DNA of 64,000 nt from an uncultured delta proteobacterium (GCA_963716725.1 CAVQUB010000011.1:1-64000); one strand, 5' to 3'; positions 1 to 9,073 are shown, counted from the first letter of the stretch. Numbers and translations: made by a program. The notes: generated from the letters alone by a model not told the origin.

Positions 1-173
1 AGTTTCCCACGCTCTTCCCCCGCCCGAATCCCGGGCATTTTCGTGATGCCCTCGGGGTGGTTTCCCGGAGTGCGGTGGTCGAGTGGGCGTGGCGAGGTGG
101 TGGCAGAAAGGGAGCGGCCCGACGGAGACGTGGATCTCCGCCGGGCCTTGTGGACCGTCGCCGGGCGCTGGGC

Positions 174-971
174 TCAGGTGACTTCGGCCATGGCGGACTG
201 GATGTGCTCGGTCGTGACGGTCCTGCTCTTGGTGAGCGCGGCGGCCATGAGCGCGTGGTGAGCGAGCAGGTTCACCTTCCGGGGCAGGCCGTTCGACGCC
301 TGGAAGATCGCCTCCTGGGTTGCGGGCTCGAAGAGTTCGAGCTCGGTTCCGGCGAGTCGGAGCAGGTGCGTGAGGTACGGGCCGAGCTCGTCACGGGCAA
401 GACCCGGGACGTGAGCGCGCACGACGACGCGCTGCGAGAGCGCCTCGTGCACCGCCATGCCGAGGCGGCGGCGCAGTTCCGGGTGTCCGACGAGGACCAG
501 GCAGAGGCGGTTGTCGGAGTCCATCGCGTAGTTGGTGAGCAGGCGCAGGTCCTCGAGCACGTCGCTCCTGAGGTGATGAGCTTCGTCCACGATCAGGATC
601 GGTTTCTGCCGGGCCTCGCTGCAGAGCCGCGTCACCTCGGTCCGGATCTGCCGGAACAGTGCGGCGCGGTTGCGCTCGGTGGGTAGGCCAATCTCCCAGG
701 CGATGGTCTTGTAGAGATCCATCACGTTGCCGGTGGTGAGCGACACGTAGAGGACGCGGTGCAGACCCGTGTGGAGACCGGCGACGATCTTCCGACACGC
801 GGTGGTCTTGCCGCTGCCGCTCTCACCGGTGACCACACCGATGCCGCGCAAGTCGAGGAGATGGGCGAGCCGGGCGTCGAGTTCTCGGAGCGCACCGGAG
901 GCGAAGAGCTCGTCGGGCTCGATGTTTTTGGCGAAGGGGTGGCGGGTGAGGCCGAAGTGCTTGCGGTACAT
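174..971 (-). CDS. ExeA-family AAA ATPase (MuB/TnsC-like transposition helper)
   Basis: N-terminal MYRKHFGLTRHPF, Walker A GESGSGKT, Walker B LIVDEAH, GLPRKVN; overlaps the transposase stop. Confidence 0.9.
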   Translation of the reverse strand: MYRKHFGLTRHPFAKNIEPDELFASGALRELDARLAHLLDLRGIGVVTGESGSGKTTACRKIVAGLHTGLHRVLYVSLTTGNVMDLYKTIAWEIGLPTERNRAALFRQIRTEVTRLCSEARQKPILIVDEAHHLRSDVLEDLRLLTNYAMDSDNRLCLVLVGHPELRRRLGMAVHEALSQRVVVRAHVPGLARDELGPYLTHLLRLAGTELELFEPATQEAIFQASNGLPRKVNLLAHHALMAAALTKSRTVTTEHIQSAMAEVT

Positions 972-2374
972 CAGAGGAGGTCCCCCTCGTCGTCGCCAGC
1001 GCCGCCCTGCTGGTTGTCCCCGACATCGAAGTCGAAGTCGCTCAAGCGCATGCCGGGGGGCGGCTCGTCCACGGGCTGAGATGGATGCAGGGCCTTCGTC
1101 GTGTGATCGCGTCGGACGAAACAGTTGGCGTAGACGTCGACACGGCGAGCGATCTGGATCTGCTTTCCGCGATGCCAGACCTGGACGGCACGTGTCTCTC
1201 GCGGACGCGCCGGATCGAAGCGAAGGACGACGGTCTCGCCGACGAGCATCGCGTCCACTTCGTAGGCCACGCTGTCGAGCGACACGGTGCGGTCGGCCTG
1301 CACACGGCGCTTCTGCTCGAAGAGAAACAGATCGGCGAGGTCGCTCGACGACTGGCGCACCTCGTCTGAGCGCATCGCCCAGCGATCCGCGGGCGTCTCA
1401 CCGTCGAGTCCGCGGTGGGGACTCCGATGATACTCACCCTCGACCCACGCCCAGAGACGGCGGTTGAGTGCTTCGAGACTCCGCCTGTCCTCGGGCTGGA
1501 GCGTCGGCAGGAGCTGAAGACGCACGGTCCGAAACCACCGCTCCATCTTTCCTTTTCCCTGGGGCGTGTAGGGACGCGCGTGGATCAAGGTGATGCCGAG
1601 CTTCGCGCACACGAGCGCCAGGTGCTGTGCTTTGAAGGCGGCACCGTTGTCGACGTAAAGCCGCTTGGGGATCCCGCGGCGGCAGATCCCTTGCTCGAGC
1701 ACGCTGAGAAGGGTCGCGGCGTTCTCGCTGAGCGCGAAGGCCGCATACGGCACCATCCGTGTCGCGTCGTCGATGACGGCGAGCAGGTACGTCTTCCGCT
1801 GCCGCCCGGACACGGCGACGGCGGGGCCGTGCATCACGTCGCTCATCCACAGTTCGCCCGCCTTCTCGAAGGCGAAGCGTCGGCGGTCCTTCGCCGTCGG
1901 CTCGCCCTGCTTCTTCTGCATGAGTCCGGCCCGAGACAAGATCCGGTGCACCGTCGATGGCGCAAGCGTGACCCCCTCCGGGATCTTCGCGAAGCGCGTC
2001 ACGTGCGCGATGACGAGTCCGACGCTGAAGTCCGCGTGCTGCTCTTTCGTCTCGCAGAGCAGATCCGCGATCTCCCGGGGAATGGCGCGAGCCGAGCCCT
2101 CGTCCCGTCGGATCTTCGGGACAAGGGCGTCGAAGCCGCCGCGTCGGTAGTCCGCAAGCCATCCGCGGATCGTTTCGGCCTGGACCTTCCGCCGGAGCGT
2201 TCCGGGGATCTCCCAGTCCTTCTCCGCCTTCTCGCGCAGCTTCGCGTACATGCCGCGCGCACCGCGCTCGAGGTGGAGCAGATCTGCGATCACGCCATAA
2301 CGGAACAGCGCGATCTGCTTTCTGCGCTCGGCGTCAGCGAGCGTGCGTTCGTTTTCGGGGGTCGGTGTCCTCAT
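971..2374 (-). CDS. DDE integrase/transposase with Mu-transposase C-terminal domain
   Basis: WMSDVMHG, IDDATR, YVDNG, QGKGKMERWF and R-V-D-TVSL motifs; start could extend to 2416. Confidence 0.9.
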   Translation of the reverse strand: MRTPTPENERTLADAERRKQIALFRYGVIADLLHLERGARGMYAKLREKAEKDWEIPGTLRRKVQAETIRGWLADYRRGGFDALVPKIRRDEGSARAIPREIADLLCETKEQHADFSVGLVIAHVTRFAKIPEGVTLAPSTVHRILSRAGLMQKKQGEPTAKDRRRFAFEKAGELWMSDVMHGPAVAVSGRQRKTYLLAVIDDATRMVPYAAFALSENAATLLSVLEQGICRRGIPKRLYVDNGAAFKAQHLALVCAKLGITLIHARPYTPQGKGKMERWFRTVRLQLLPTLQPEDRRSLEALNRRLWAWVEGEYHRSPHRGLDGETPADRWAMRSDEVRQSSSDLADLFLFEQKRRVQADRTVSLDSVAYEVDAMLVGETVVLRFDPARPRETRAVQVWHRGKQIQIARRVDVYANCFVRRDHTTKALHPSQPVDEPPPGMRLSDFDFDVGDNQQGGAGDDEGDLL

Positions 2375-2425
2375 CGGAGTTCTCTTTCGGTGTCGGCCCG
2401 GGTCCGTCCCGGGCACACCAACCCG

Positions 2426-3103
2426 CTATCGGTCCCGCCGAGGAGGGTCCGGCCCCGTTTCGTGTGGGGTCGGCTCTCGCGATGCTTGCCGCGCTCGCCC
2501 TCGCGCCCGCAGTCCGACCGGCGCTGGCATGGCGGCCAGGTGAATGGCCGCGGCCGACCGCAGCGCCACGAGCGCATCCGACACCCCGAGTCGTTGCCGC
2601 ACCGCGCCAAGCGTCGCCGGGCAGCCCGTGAGCGCCGGCACCAGCGTCACTGCCGCCACGAGCGCCGCGTGGACAGCAACACGCCGCCGCCGGAGCCACC
2701 GCAGCGCGCTTGGAAGCGTCACCGCGTCCGCTGCGATCGCGGGGCGCACCTTCTCGGCGACCGCCTCCAGACTCTTGGCGCCCTCGGCCACCTCGACGGC
2801 CCGCTCGACCTCCTCGAGCGTGCCCGACAGTCGGGAAGCCAGAAAATCAGGCAAAAGGCTGATAGTCACCCGAGCCCGCGGGCACCAGAACCGGGCGACG
2901 CGGACGCCGACGGGGCGGACCCGACCGTAGCTCCCGTGCCCCGCGAGACCGCAGCCGCCCTCCGGGTGCAGCGGGCACCGCTCCAAACTTGCGGCCCGCC
3001 ACGCCTGCTCGGTAACGTACCGCTCGCTGGTGAGGGTCGTCTCGTAACGGACAACCAATCCTTCGCTGGCCGGGTCCGTGCGGGTGCTACCGCGACGGAC
3101 CAA
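2426..3103 (-). CDS. DUF6431-like Cys/His (Zn-binding) protein of the transposon
   Basis: CPLH...C..HGSYGR...RFWCP...TISLLPDFL; directly upstream of the transposase. Confidence 0.65.
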   Translation of the reverse strand: MVRRGSTRTDPASEGLVVRYETTLTSERYVTEQAWRAASLERCPLHPEGGCGLAGHGSYGRVRPVGVRVARFWCPRARVTISLLPDFLASRLSGTLEEVERAVEVAEGAKSLEAVAEKVRPAIAADAVTLPSALRWLRRRRVAVHAALVAAVTLVPALTGCPATLGAVRQRLGVSDALVALRSAAAIHLAAMPAPVGLRARGRARQASREPTPHETGPDPPRRDR

Positions 3104-3255
3104 CCTTCTCCGGCGATCAGCTTTCCGCGGATCAGCCTCTCAGGAAAAAAGAACGGCGAAGCTCTCCGGAGTCCGAACCCGGCTCACCCGAAACAACGAG
3201 CGCCCAGACCGACACCACGACCGCGGGGGATCACGACGGAGGGTGACGGCCTACA

Positions 3256-3786
3256 TCCGGTGTAGATCACGGGGCGTTTGCCCGTGCCTTGCTCGACGAT
3301 GTCGAGCCAGGTCTGGACCTTCGACGCGATGCTCGCCGCTGATTGACCGTCGGTGGCCTCGACGTCGATCACGCAAGGCAAGTCTCCCACTCCGAGCTTG
3401 CCGACCTTCTGCACGACCATGTTCGCTTGCGCGCTCGCGCTCTGCCCGGGACGGAAATACTGGTACGCGCCGCGGAGCACCCCGGCGTCTTTCATCTTCT
3501 TCCAGTTGGCGTCGAACCAACTGTCGATGTAGGTCGTTCCGTCGCTGATGCGCGCGTAGCCGAAGGTCACGCCCGCCGCCTTCCAGTTGAAGTCCGCCTG
3601 GTACTTCGACACGTCCGCGCCCTGCGGGCCCGCATACTTGTCGGGGCCGCACACCTTGGTCACCTGGTCGCCGATCTCGCCGACGGGCTCGCCGGCACCG
3701 GCGCTCTCGCCTTCGTAATCGTCGAAGCAGCCGCCGAGCGCGAGGGTCAGGGGAGCCAAGGCGAGCAGGCGCAAGAAGGCGGACAT
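3256..3786 (-). pseudogene. GH25 lysozyme/muramidase lipoprotein, 3' part displaced by the transposon
   Basis: Lipobox LGGC; GADVSKYQ, RGAYQYF, IDVE, PVIYTG, then the frame runs into the transposon end. Confidence 0.85.
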
Positions 3787-3857
3787 CGCCCGCCCGCGAT
3801 GCAATGAACACACCTACCTCGAGCTCGACGAAACGCGGCGTTTCCGTGGCTGCAAGC

Positions 3858-3894
3858 GCCAAGCGCGGGTTGGCAGTGCCAAGCGCGGGTTGGC
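3858..3894. repeat. Two copies of the 17-bp imperfect palindrome GCCAAGCGCGGGTTGGC at 20-bp period
   Basis: Copies at 3858-3874 and 3878-3894, upstream of the GH25 gene. Confidence 0.85.
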
Positions 3895-3900
3895 GGTTTG

Positions 3901-3950
3901 GTGAAACGAAAACGCCGACTGAGCGTTCGCGCTCAAGCGGCGGATTTCAC
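3901..3950 (-). terminator. Intrinsic terminator, probably the original tRNA-Gly terminator displaced by the island
   Basis: Hairpin CGCCG..TGAGCG-loop-CGCTCA..CGGCG followed by TTTT on the minus strand, just beyond the att repeat. Confidence 0.65.
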
Positions 3951-3960
3951 ACTCAGACTT

Positions 3961-3992
3961 TCGGAGCGGGAGAAGAGATTCGAACTCTCGAC
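3961..3992 (-). repeat. att repeat: 32-bp duplicate of the tRNA-Gly 3' end
   Basis: TCGGAGCGGGAGAAGAGATTCGAACTCTCGAC, identical to 9587-9618. Confidence 0.95.
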
Positions 3993-4538
3993 CTCACGCT
4001 TCCCTCGAGGGCAGCACGCCGAGTGAGCGCCTGCTTGGAGCAGCACCGCCGATGCTCCGCCCCCTCATCGAGCCACGCCTGCGCCTTCCGCTCGATAGCG
4101 GATTGGGATCCGAGCAGCGCGACGCGCTTGGTGATACCCGGAGAGGCACACCGCCTCTGCGCCGGCCTCGCGGCAAGCTCGCGCTCGTGGTAGGCTACGT
4201 CGGCGGCTACCGCCAGCTTCAAGTCATCGAGCTCCGCGAAGCGGCCTGAGTGGCTGACGTCCGACAGCAAGCTTGGCGACAGCTTCGACGCGCTCGAGGT
4301 CGCTCCGCGTGCCACCGGAATGGACACGTCCACGAACGGCGCGAGTGCAATCCCTCACCGTTTCGCATTTTGGGGGCACCATCGGCATCGCTTTGCCTCG
4401 ATTGGCGCTCTCGCGAGCTTCGAACACGCCCGGTTTTTCCGAGGGAAGGGTCGCTGAACCGGCACACCGGTCCTCGCAAACAGCCACTTTCTCCCGAGGA
4501 AAGGCCGATGAACCGGGACAGGCCTGCCTCGTTGCCCC

Positions 4539-4985
4539 TCACTCTCGATGGCGCAGGATCGGTTCCTCGTAGTCCAGCGTGCCCACTTCAGCCTCGCCCC
4601 GCACGTAATCCTGCACGTCACTCAGAGACACGGTGATGGGTATGTCCACCGCAAGCAAGCCATGCTCGCTCAGAAACTCAACGCCGCACCCCATCGACTC
4701 CAGGTGCTCGGCAACGCGACGCACAGCGTTCTTGTCGAAGAAGACTAAGCGGACAAGCGAGTGGCTCGACCGCTTTGCGACACATTGAAACCAGAGGTTC
4801 CCCTCCATCACCCGCACGCGCACCGTGTCACCGATCGTCGCGAACGGAGCGAAGAACGGCACGTTGTCCAGAACGTACTCGTTCGCCTCGCCCGTCGGCG
4901 CACCCCATACCGTCTCGACGGCAACGGGCGGGTATCCGTCGTCGTCCTGCTCGAGCTGGAAGTGAATCCGAACTGACTCGCCCAC
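4539..4985 (-). CDS. DUF4265-family protein (putative toxin immunity protein)
   Basis: ETVWG...LDNVPFFA...GDTV...S.HSLVR...LAVDIP pattern; GTG start overlaps the HNH-tip stop (TAGTG). Confidence 0.75.
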   Translation of the reverse strand: MGESVRIHFQLEQDDDGYPPVAVETVWGAPTGEANEYVLDNVPFFAPFATIGDTVRVRVMEGNLWFQCVAKRSSHSLVRLVFFDKNAVRRVAEHLESMGCGVEFLSEHGLLAVDIPITVSLSDVQDYVRGEAEVGTLDYEEPILRHRE

Positions 4986-5042
4986 TACTTCGCACCCTTC
5001 TTGAGGTTGCAGTCGCGACACAATACCTGACCGTTGGGTGGC
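4985..5042 (-). pseudogene. C-terminal remnant of an HNH nuclease
   Basis: PPNGQVLCRDCNLKKGAK-stop matches the N..LC..CN..K end of HNH domains. Confidence 0.7.
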
Positions 5043-5307
5043 AACCTGCCCCTGCGACGGGCTCCGCCGGAAAGCTCACCTCCGGCACCGGTCCGAGATC
5101 GACGCGCGTCCACGCGCCGGGTTCGCCGATGTAGACGTGCACGGCCCATTGGTTCGCGTCGTCTGGTGCTTGAGGCTTCTTCGACGGGGAGCCCCCGTCG
5201 TCGCCCGAGCACGACGCGGCAAGTGAGAACAGGACAACGAGCGCCAAGAGGCTGCGCAAGGCCAGCGTCGGACGTGCGTTTGGCTTCAGGGACACGTTGC
5301 GTTCCAC
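5043..5307 (-). pseudogene. N-terminal fragment of a lipoprotein, joined out of frame to the HNH tip
   Basis: GGAGG RBS and GTG at 5307; signal peptide LLALVVLFSLAASC-SGDDGG. Confidence 0.6.
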
Positions 5308-6134
5308 GGTACCTCCTCGAGAATGGCGTTGACGGCGGGAGCGTTGGGATCGGTCGTCAGAATCAACACCTCCGGCATGCCTTCCGACCAGACAGCGCAT
5401 TGTGTGGGGGCTGCAGCCACACAAAAACCTTTGTCCCCGCCGCCGACGACCCAGTTCATGAGATGCACGGACCACGGCTTCGGTACCGTCACCCGAAGAC
5501 CCACCCACGGCTTGAGGCTCACTAGGCCCTGCGTGAGTCCGACCCCGAATGCCAACCCGGTCCCCGGACACAACGCTGCGCACTTCGGATCGAACCCGGG
5601 CTTCGATGGCGTGCGGATCACGACCGGCCAGAGCGGTGACGCGACCCCGTGTTCCGTGTAGCCACACGTTGCCTTTGCACAGTTCGCACTCGGCCCGCCG
5701 CAGCTCGTCGAGCAGTCGATGATCGGCGTGTCAGTTGGACACGGGTCGTCCTTCCACTGCGTCCCCCCTCCGCTGCCGCCGGTGCCCGCGTCGCCCGCGC
5801 CGCCACCGCTGCCGCCGCCGCTTCCCGCGCTGCCGTCACCGCCCGCGTCGCCCCCGGTGCCGCCACCGCCTCCGCCAGCGCCGCCGGCACCACCGCTGCT
5901 ACCGCAATCGCACGCGCTCCACGTCCCGTCGGCGCCGCAGCTCTGCGCGCCGTTGCACGCACCAGGACCGAGACACGCGCGGGTCGCACCCTGCTTGCAG
6001 GCGCTTGCGCTGGGCTCGCCCCCGTCGTCGCCGGAGCATGCGGCGATGACGAACGAAGCCACAGACGCTGCGAGCGCGGCACGCGCAGCCGGAGCCAGGC
6101 GCGCGATGGACCTCACGGACACGATGCGGGCCAT
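5286..6134 (-). CDS. Cys-rich lipoprotein with Gly-rich linker (paralog 2)
   Basis: Lipobox IAAC; C-QGATR-CLGPGAC-GAQSC module; paralogous to the adjacent gene. Confidence 0.85.
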   Translation of the reverse strand: MARIVSVRSIARLAPAARAALAASVASFVIAACSGDDGGEPSASACKQGATRACLGPGACNGAQSCGADGTWSACDCGSSGGAGGAGGGGGGTGGDAGGDGSAGSGGGSGGGAGDAGTGGSGGGTQWKDDPCPTDTPIIDCSTSCGGPSANCAKATCGYTEHGVASPLWPVVIRTPSKPGFDPKCAALCPGTGLAFGVGLTQGLVSLKPWVGLRVTVPKPWSVHLMNWVVGGGDKGFCVAAAPTQCAVWSEGMPEVLILTTDPNAPAVNAILEEVPWNATCP

Positions 6135-6940
6135 GGAACCTCCTCGATGACGGCATTCACTGCGGGAGCGTTGGGATCGTTGGTCAACACGTAGACATCG
6201 AATGCGCTACTAGTGACGGTTGAACACTGGGCTTCGGCACCCTTCAGACAGTAGTGGTTAGGGTCGAGATACTTTTCGACGCGCACGAACCACGGCTTCG
6301 GTACGGTCACCTTCATTCCGAAGCCCGTACTGATCTGCAGATTCCAGCCCAAACCGATCCCATACGTTGTGCTGGAAGCGCCGCACTGCTTGACGCACGC
6401 CGGATCAGTGCCGGGATTGGACGGCGTTCGGATCACGTACGGGAAGTTCGGCTTGCTGGTTGGGCTGTAGAAAGAGTGCGCACACGTCGCCTGCGCGCAG
6501 TTCGCACTCGGCCCGCCGCAGCTCGTTGAGCAGTCGATGATCGGTGTCTTGGTCGGACACGGATCGTCTTGCCACTGCGTCCCGCCGCCGCTTCCTCCGC
6601 TGCCCGCGTCGCCCGCGTCGCCGGCGCCACCGCCGCTTCCCGCGCTGCCGTCGCTGCCCGCCGTGCCGCCGGTGCCGCTCCCCGCGCCGCCACCGATGCC
6701 GCCCGCGCCGCCAGCTCCGCCGCTGCCACCGCAGTCGCACGCGCTCCACGTCCCGTCGGCGCCGCAGCTCTGCGCACCGCTGCACGCACCCGGACCGAGA
6801 CACGTGCGAGTCGCACCTTGCGAGCACTTGCCGCCGGTGCCTTCGCCGTCATCGGAGCCACACGCGCTCGCGACCAGCGCGCCCAGGGACAAGACCAAGG
6901 ACACCCGAACCGCACGCCAACCGACTGTGAACGACTTCAT
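6113..6940 (-). CDS. Cys-rich lipoprotein with Gly-rich linker (paralog 1)
   Basis: Start MKSFTVG, lipobox ASAC, same Cys module and EEVPW..CP end. Confidence 0.85.
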   Translation of the reverse strand: MKSFTVGWRAVRVSLVLSLGALVASACGSDDGEGTGGKCSQGATRTCLGPGACSGAQSCGADGTWSACDCGGSGGAGGAGGIGGGAGSGTGGTAGSDGSAGSGGGAGDAGDAGSGGSGGGTQWQDDPCPTKTPIIDCSTSCGGPSANCAQATCAHSFYSPTSKPNFPYVIRTPSNPGTDPACVKQCGASSTTYGIGLGWNLQISTGFGMKVTVPKPWFVRVEKYLDPNHYCLKGAEAQCSTVTSSAFDVYVLTNDPNAPAVNAVIEEVPWPASCP

Positions 6941-7193
6941 TGATCCCACTTCATCCGCTCCACCCGCGGGCCCGGTTCTCCCGCGCCACGCGTTTCGATC
7001 ATCGGCAGACGCCCAAGAGCGTCCAGTTACAAAAATTGTGACAACGAGGAGCCAATGTAGGCGCCTGTGCGCGCAACCGGCGGTGGTCTCGAACGAGCGC
7101 GCTCCTACCCGCTCGTTCGCACGAGGCAGGTGGGCGGCGGGCGAATGCCACCCCGCGGAAGCACGCGCCAATGAAACTCGCCACTTCAAAGCC

Positions 7194-7229
7194 AGTTGCC
7201 ACTTTCATATGTAGTTGCGACTTTCATAT
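7194..7229 (+). promoter_or_regulatory. Direct-repeat operator candidate AGTTGC(C/G)ACTTTCATAT x2
   Basis: Copies at 7194-7210 and 7213-7229 (16/17 identical), AT-rich, about 20 bp before the 7251 start. Confidence 0.6.
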
Positions 7230-7250
7230 CCTTGAGTTAGCCTGCTCGAA

Positions 7251-8303
7251 GTGAGCGAAACCCACCTCGAATCCGTCCTGCGGCAGCGGGGCTTTCGCCC
7301 AGGTCCAGGCGGTGTCGACTTCAGCAACGACTCCGGCGTCGTCATCGAGGCGAAGAGCGCGGTCGGCGGCGTGCGCGACCTCCAGGCAGCGGTCATGCAG
7401 CTCGCCGACGCTGCGAGCGAGCCAGGTGTCCGTGAGGGCTGGCTCTTGCTCGCTGGCCACCGAATGCCCGAGTCGATCAGCGACGCGTGGAAGAACGCGG
7501 TCAGGCTCTTGCGACCCGAGCTGGCCAAGAAGCTCAAGCTGATCGCCGTGAGCGGCAAGGTCATCACCGCGATCCCCGACAAGCCGGAGCTTCTCGAGCT
7601 CGGTCGCCGGATCGGTGACCTGCGGCAGGACGACCGGCCGTCGAAGCCGTACGACGCATTCTTCGACGTGCTGCACGTGTTGCTGGTCCGCTGGCTGCTG
7701 AACCAGGGCGCCATTCAGATGCGCAATCTCGGTGCAACGACCGGCTTGTCGCAACCCACGGTCCGCGCCGCCCTCCACCGCCTCGGGCCCGATCTCCAGA
7801 GGGACTCTCGGCGACGCGTGGAGCTGACCTCGTTCCCGCGCCGCGCTTGGCAGGAGATGGTCGCGCTGGCCCCGCGGATCCGCCAGCCGCGCTACTTCCA
7901 GGACACCTCCGGTCGGCCACGGCGCCCGGAGGAGCTGCTCGAGCGCGTGCGACGCCAAAAGCCGCCCGGCGTGGCGGTGGGCGGCGTGCTCGCCGCGCGG
8001 CGCTGGGACGCGGAATTGGACCTGGAGGGCGTGCCCAGGCTGGACCTCTGCGTGCACGCGCCGAACAAGACGCCCTCGCTCTCGTTCATGCGGAAGCTGG
8101 ATCCGGCGTTGGCACCCACCGATGGGCGGTCCTCGGTCTCCGTGGCCGTCCACTGCATCCGGCGCCGCGAGCCCCTCTATTTCGACGCAGAGGAGAAGAT
8201 CCCCTGGGCGGATCCCGTCGAAACGCTGCTCGACCTGGAGGAGCTGCGCCTCCACGTCCAAGCCGATGAGTTGGTCCGGCGTCTGCAGAAGAGGGCGCGA
8301 TGA
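7251..8303 (+). CDS. AbiEi-like type IV TA antitoxin / HTH protein
   Basis: HTH-like LGATTGLSQPTVRAAL, VAVGGVLAA and ADPVETLLDL..R..A C-terminus; ATGA-coupled to an NTase gene. Confidence 0.6.
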   Translation: MSETHLESVLRQRGFRPGPGGVDFSNDSGVVIEAKSAVGGVRDLQAAVMQLADAASEPGVREGWLLLAGHRMPESISDAWKNAVRLLRPELAKKLKLIAVSGKVITAIPDKPELLELGRRIGDLRQDDRPSKPYDAFFDVLHVLLVRWLLNQGAIQMRNLGATTGLSQPTVRAALHRLGPDLQRDSRRRVELTSFPRRAWQEMVALAPRIRQPRYFQDTSGRPRRPEELLERVRRQKPPGVAVGGVLAARRWDAELDLEGVPRLDLCVHAPNKTPSLSFMRKLDPALAPTDGRSSVSVAVHCIRRREPLYFDAEEKIPWADPVETLLDLEELRLHVQADELVRRLQKRAR

Positions 8304-9019
8304 AGGAGGTGGATCACCGCGAGCTCTTCCAGCGCATTGCGCGCTGAGCTTCCCGCCGAGCTTCTCGATCACGTCTTCGTGACGGGTAGCCTGGCGGCGG
8401 CGTGTCACTTCGGAGACCAGCTCGCAGGTCAGGGCGTGAGGACGAAGGACGCCGATCTCGTCGTGCATCCGGCCCGTGATGTGAAGACGGCCGCGGAGAT
8501 CGCGAGGACGCTTCTGGCCCATGGCTGGCGTCCCAAGGACGACTGCTACCCCAGCGCCACGGCGGAGCCGGCGGACCACCTCAGGGCCATCCGTCTCTAC
8601 CCGCCGGAGCACTCCGACTACTTCGTTGAGCTCTCCTTTCCCACCCGACCTTGGGCGACGCGCGAATGACGACGCTGATCGGCGGCCGCGAGATCCTCCG
8701 CTCCGCCAAGGACCTCGGCCGCGTGCTGGCGCTGGCGTACCTCTCCGGCCCGGCCGAGACCGATGCCTGGGGTGCGCGCTGGCGGTTCGCGCTGGACACC
8801 TGCTTTCCCGACCGCTGGCGCGCACTGGCGCTCCGCGCCGGGGATGGCCTTCGCGAGTTGCTGGCGGACGCGAGCGCCTTCGAGGAGGCCTGGTTCACTT
8901 GCAGCACCGGCTTGCTCGTCCGACAGGGCCTGACGCAGGACCAGCTGCGCGCCACGGCAGACCGACTCCTGGTGGATTGCATCGAACCGCTCGCGGATTC
9001 GGCGGGCGATACCGCGTGA
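8300..9019 (+). pseudogene. AbiEii-like nucleotidyltransferase, frameshifted and internally deleted
   Basis: VTGSLAA...RTKDAD motif and KDLGRVLAL; frame breaks near 8345 and 8640-8665. Confidence 0.6.
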
Positions 9020-9073
9020 TCCGCGGGGACGACCTCCGACTATACTGCTTCGCGCAGGGAGACTCACAGAGCG

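Larger units (their letters stand above)
1..3255 (-). mobile_element. Mu/Tn7-like three-gene transposon (DUF6431-like + DDE transposase + ExeA/AAA ATPase); other end lies before position 1
   Basis: Three co-oriented genes. The minus-strand terminus TGT at 3255 abuts the truncation point of the GH25 gene. A subterminal TCGTGAT-CCC motif is inverted at 41-64 and 3211-3236. Confidence 0.8.

Noticed and set aside
174..971. Type II secretion ExeA
   Set aside because: No secretion genes nearby; the gene is coupled to a transposase
3251..3265. CTACA-TCCGG-TGTAG dyad resembling a transposon circle junction
   Set aside because: The right arm encodes the conserved IYT of GH25, so it is host sequence; probably coincidence
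3961..4030. Second tRNA gene
   Set aside because: Only the T-arm and 3' acceptor strand are present; it is an att repeat
3993..4538. Short ORFs or ncRNA at the island end
   Set aside because: No recognisable motif or convincing structure
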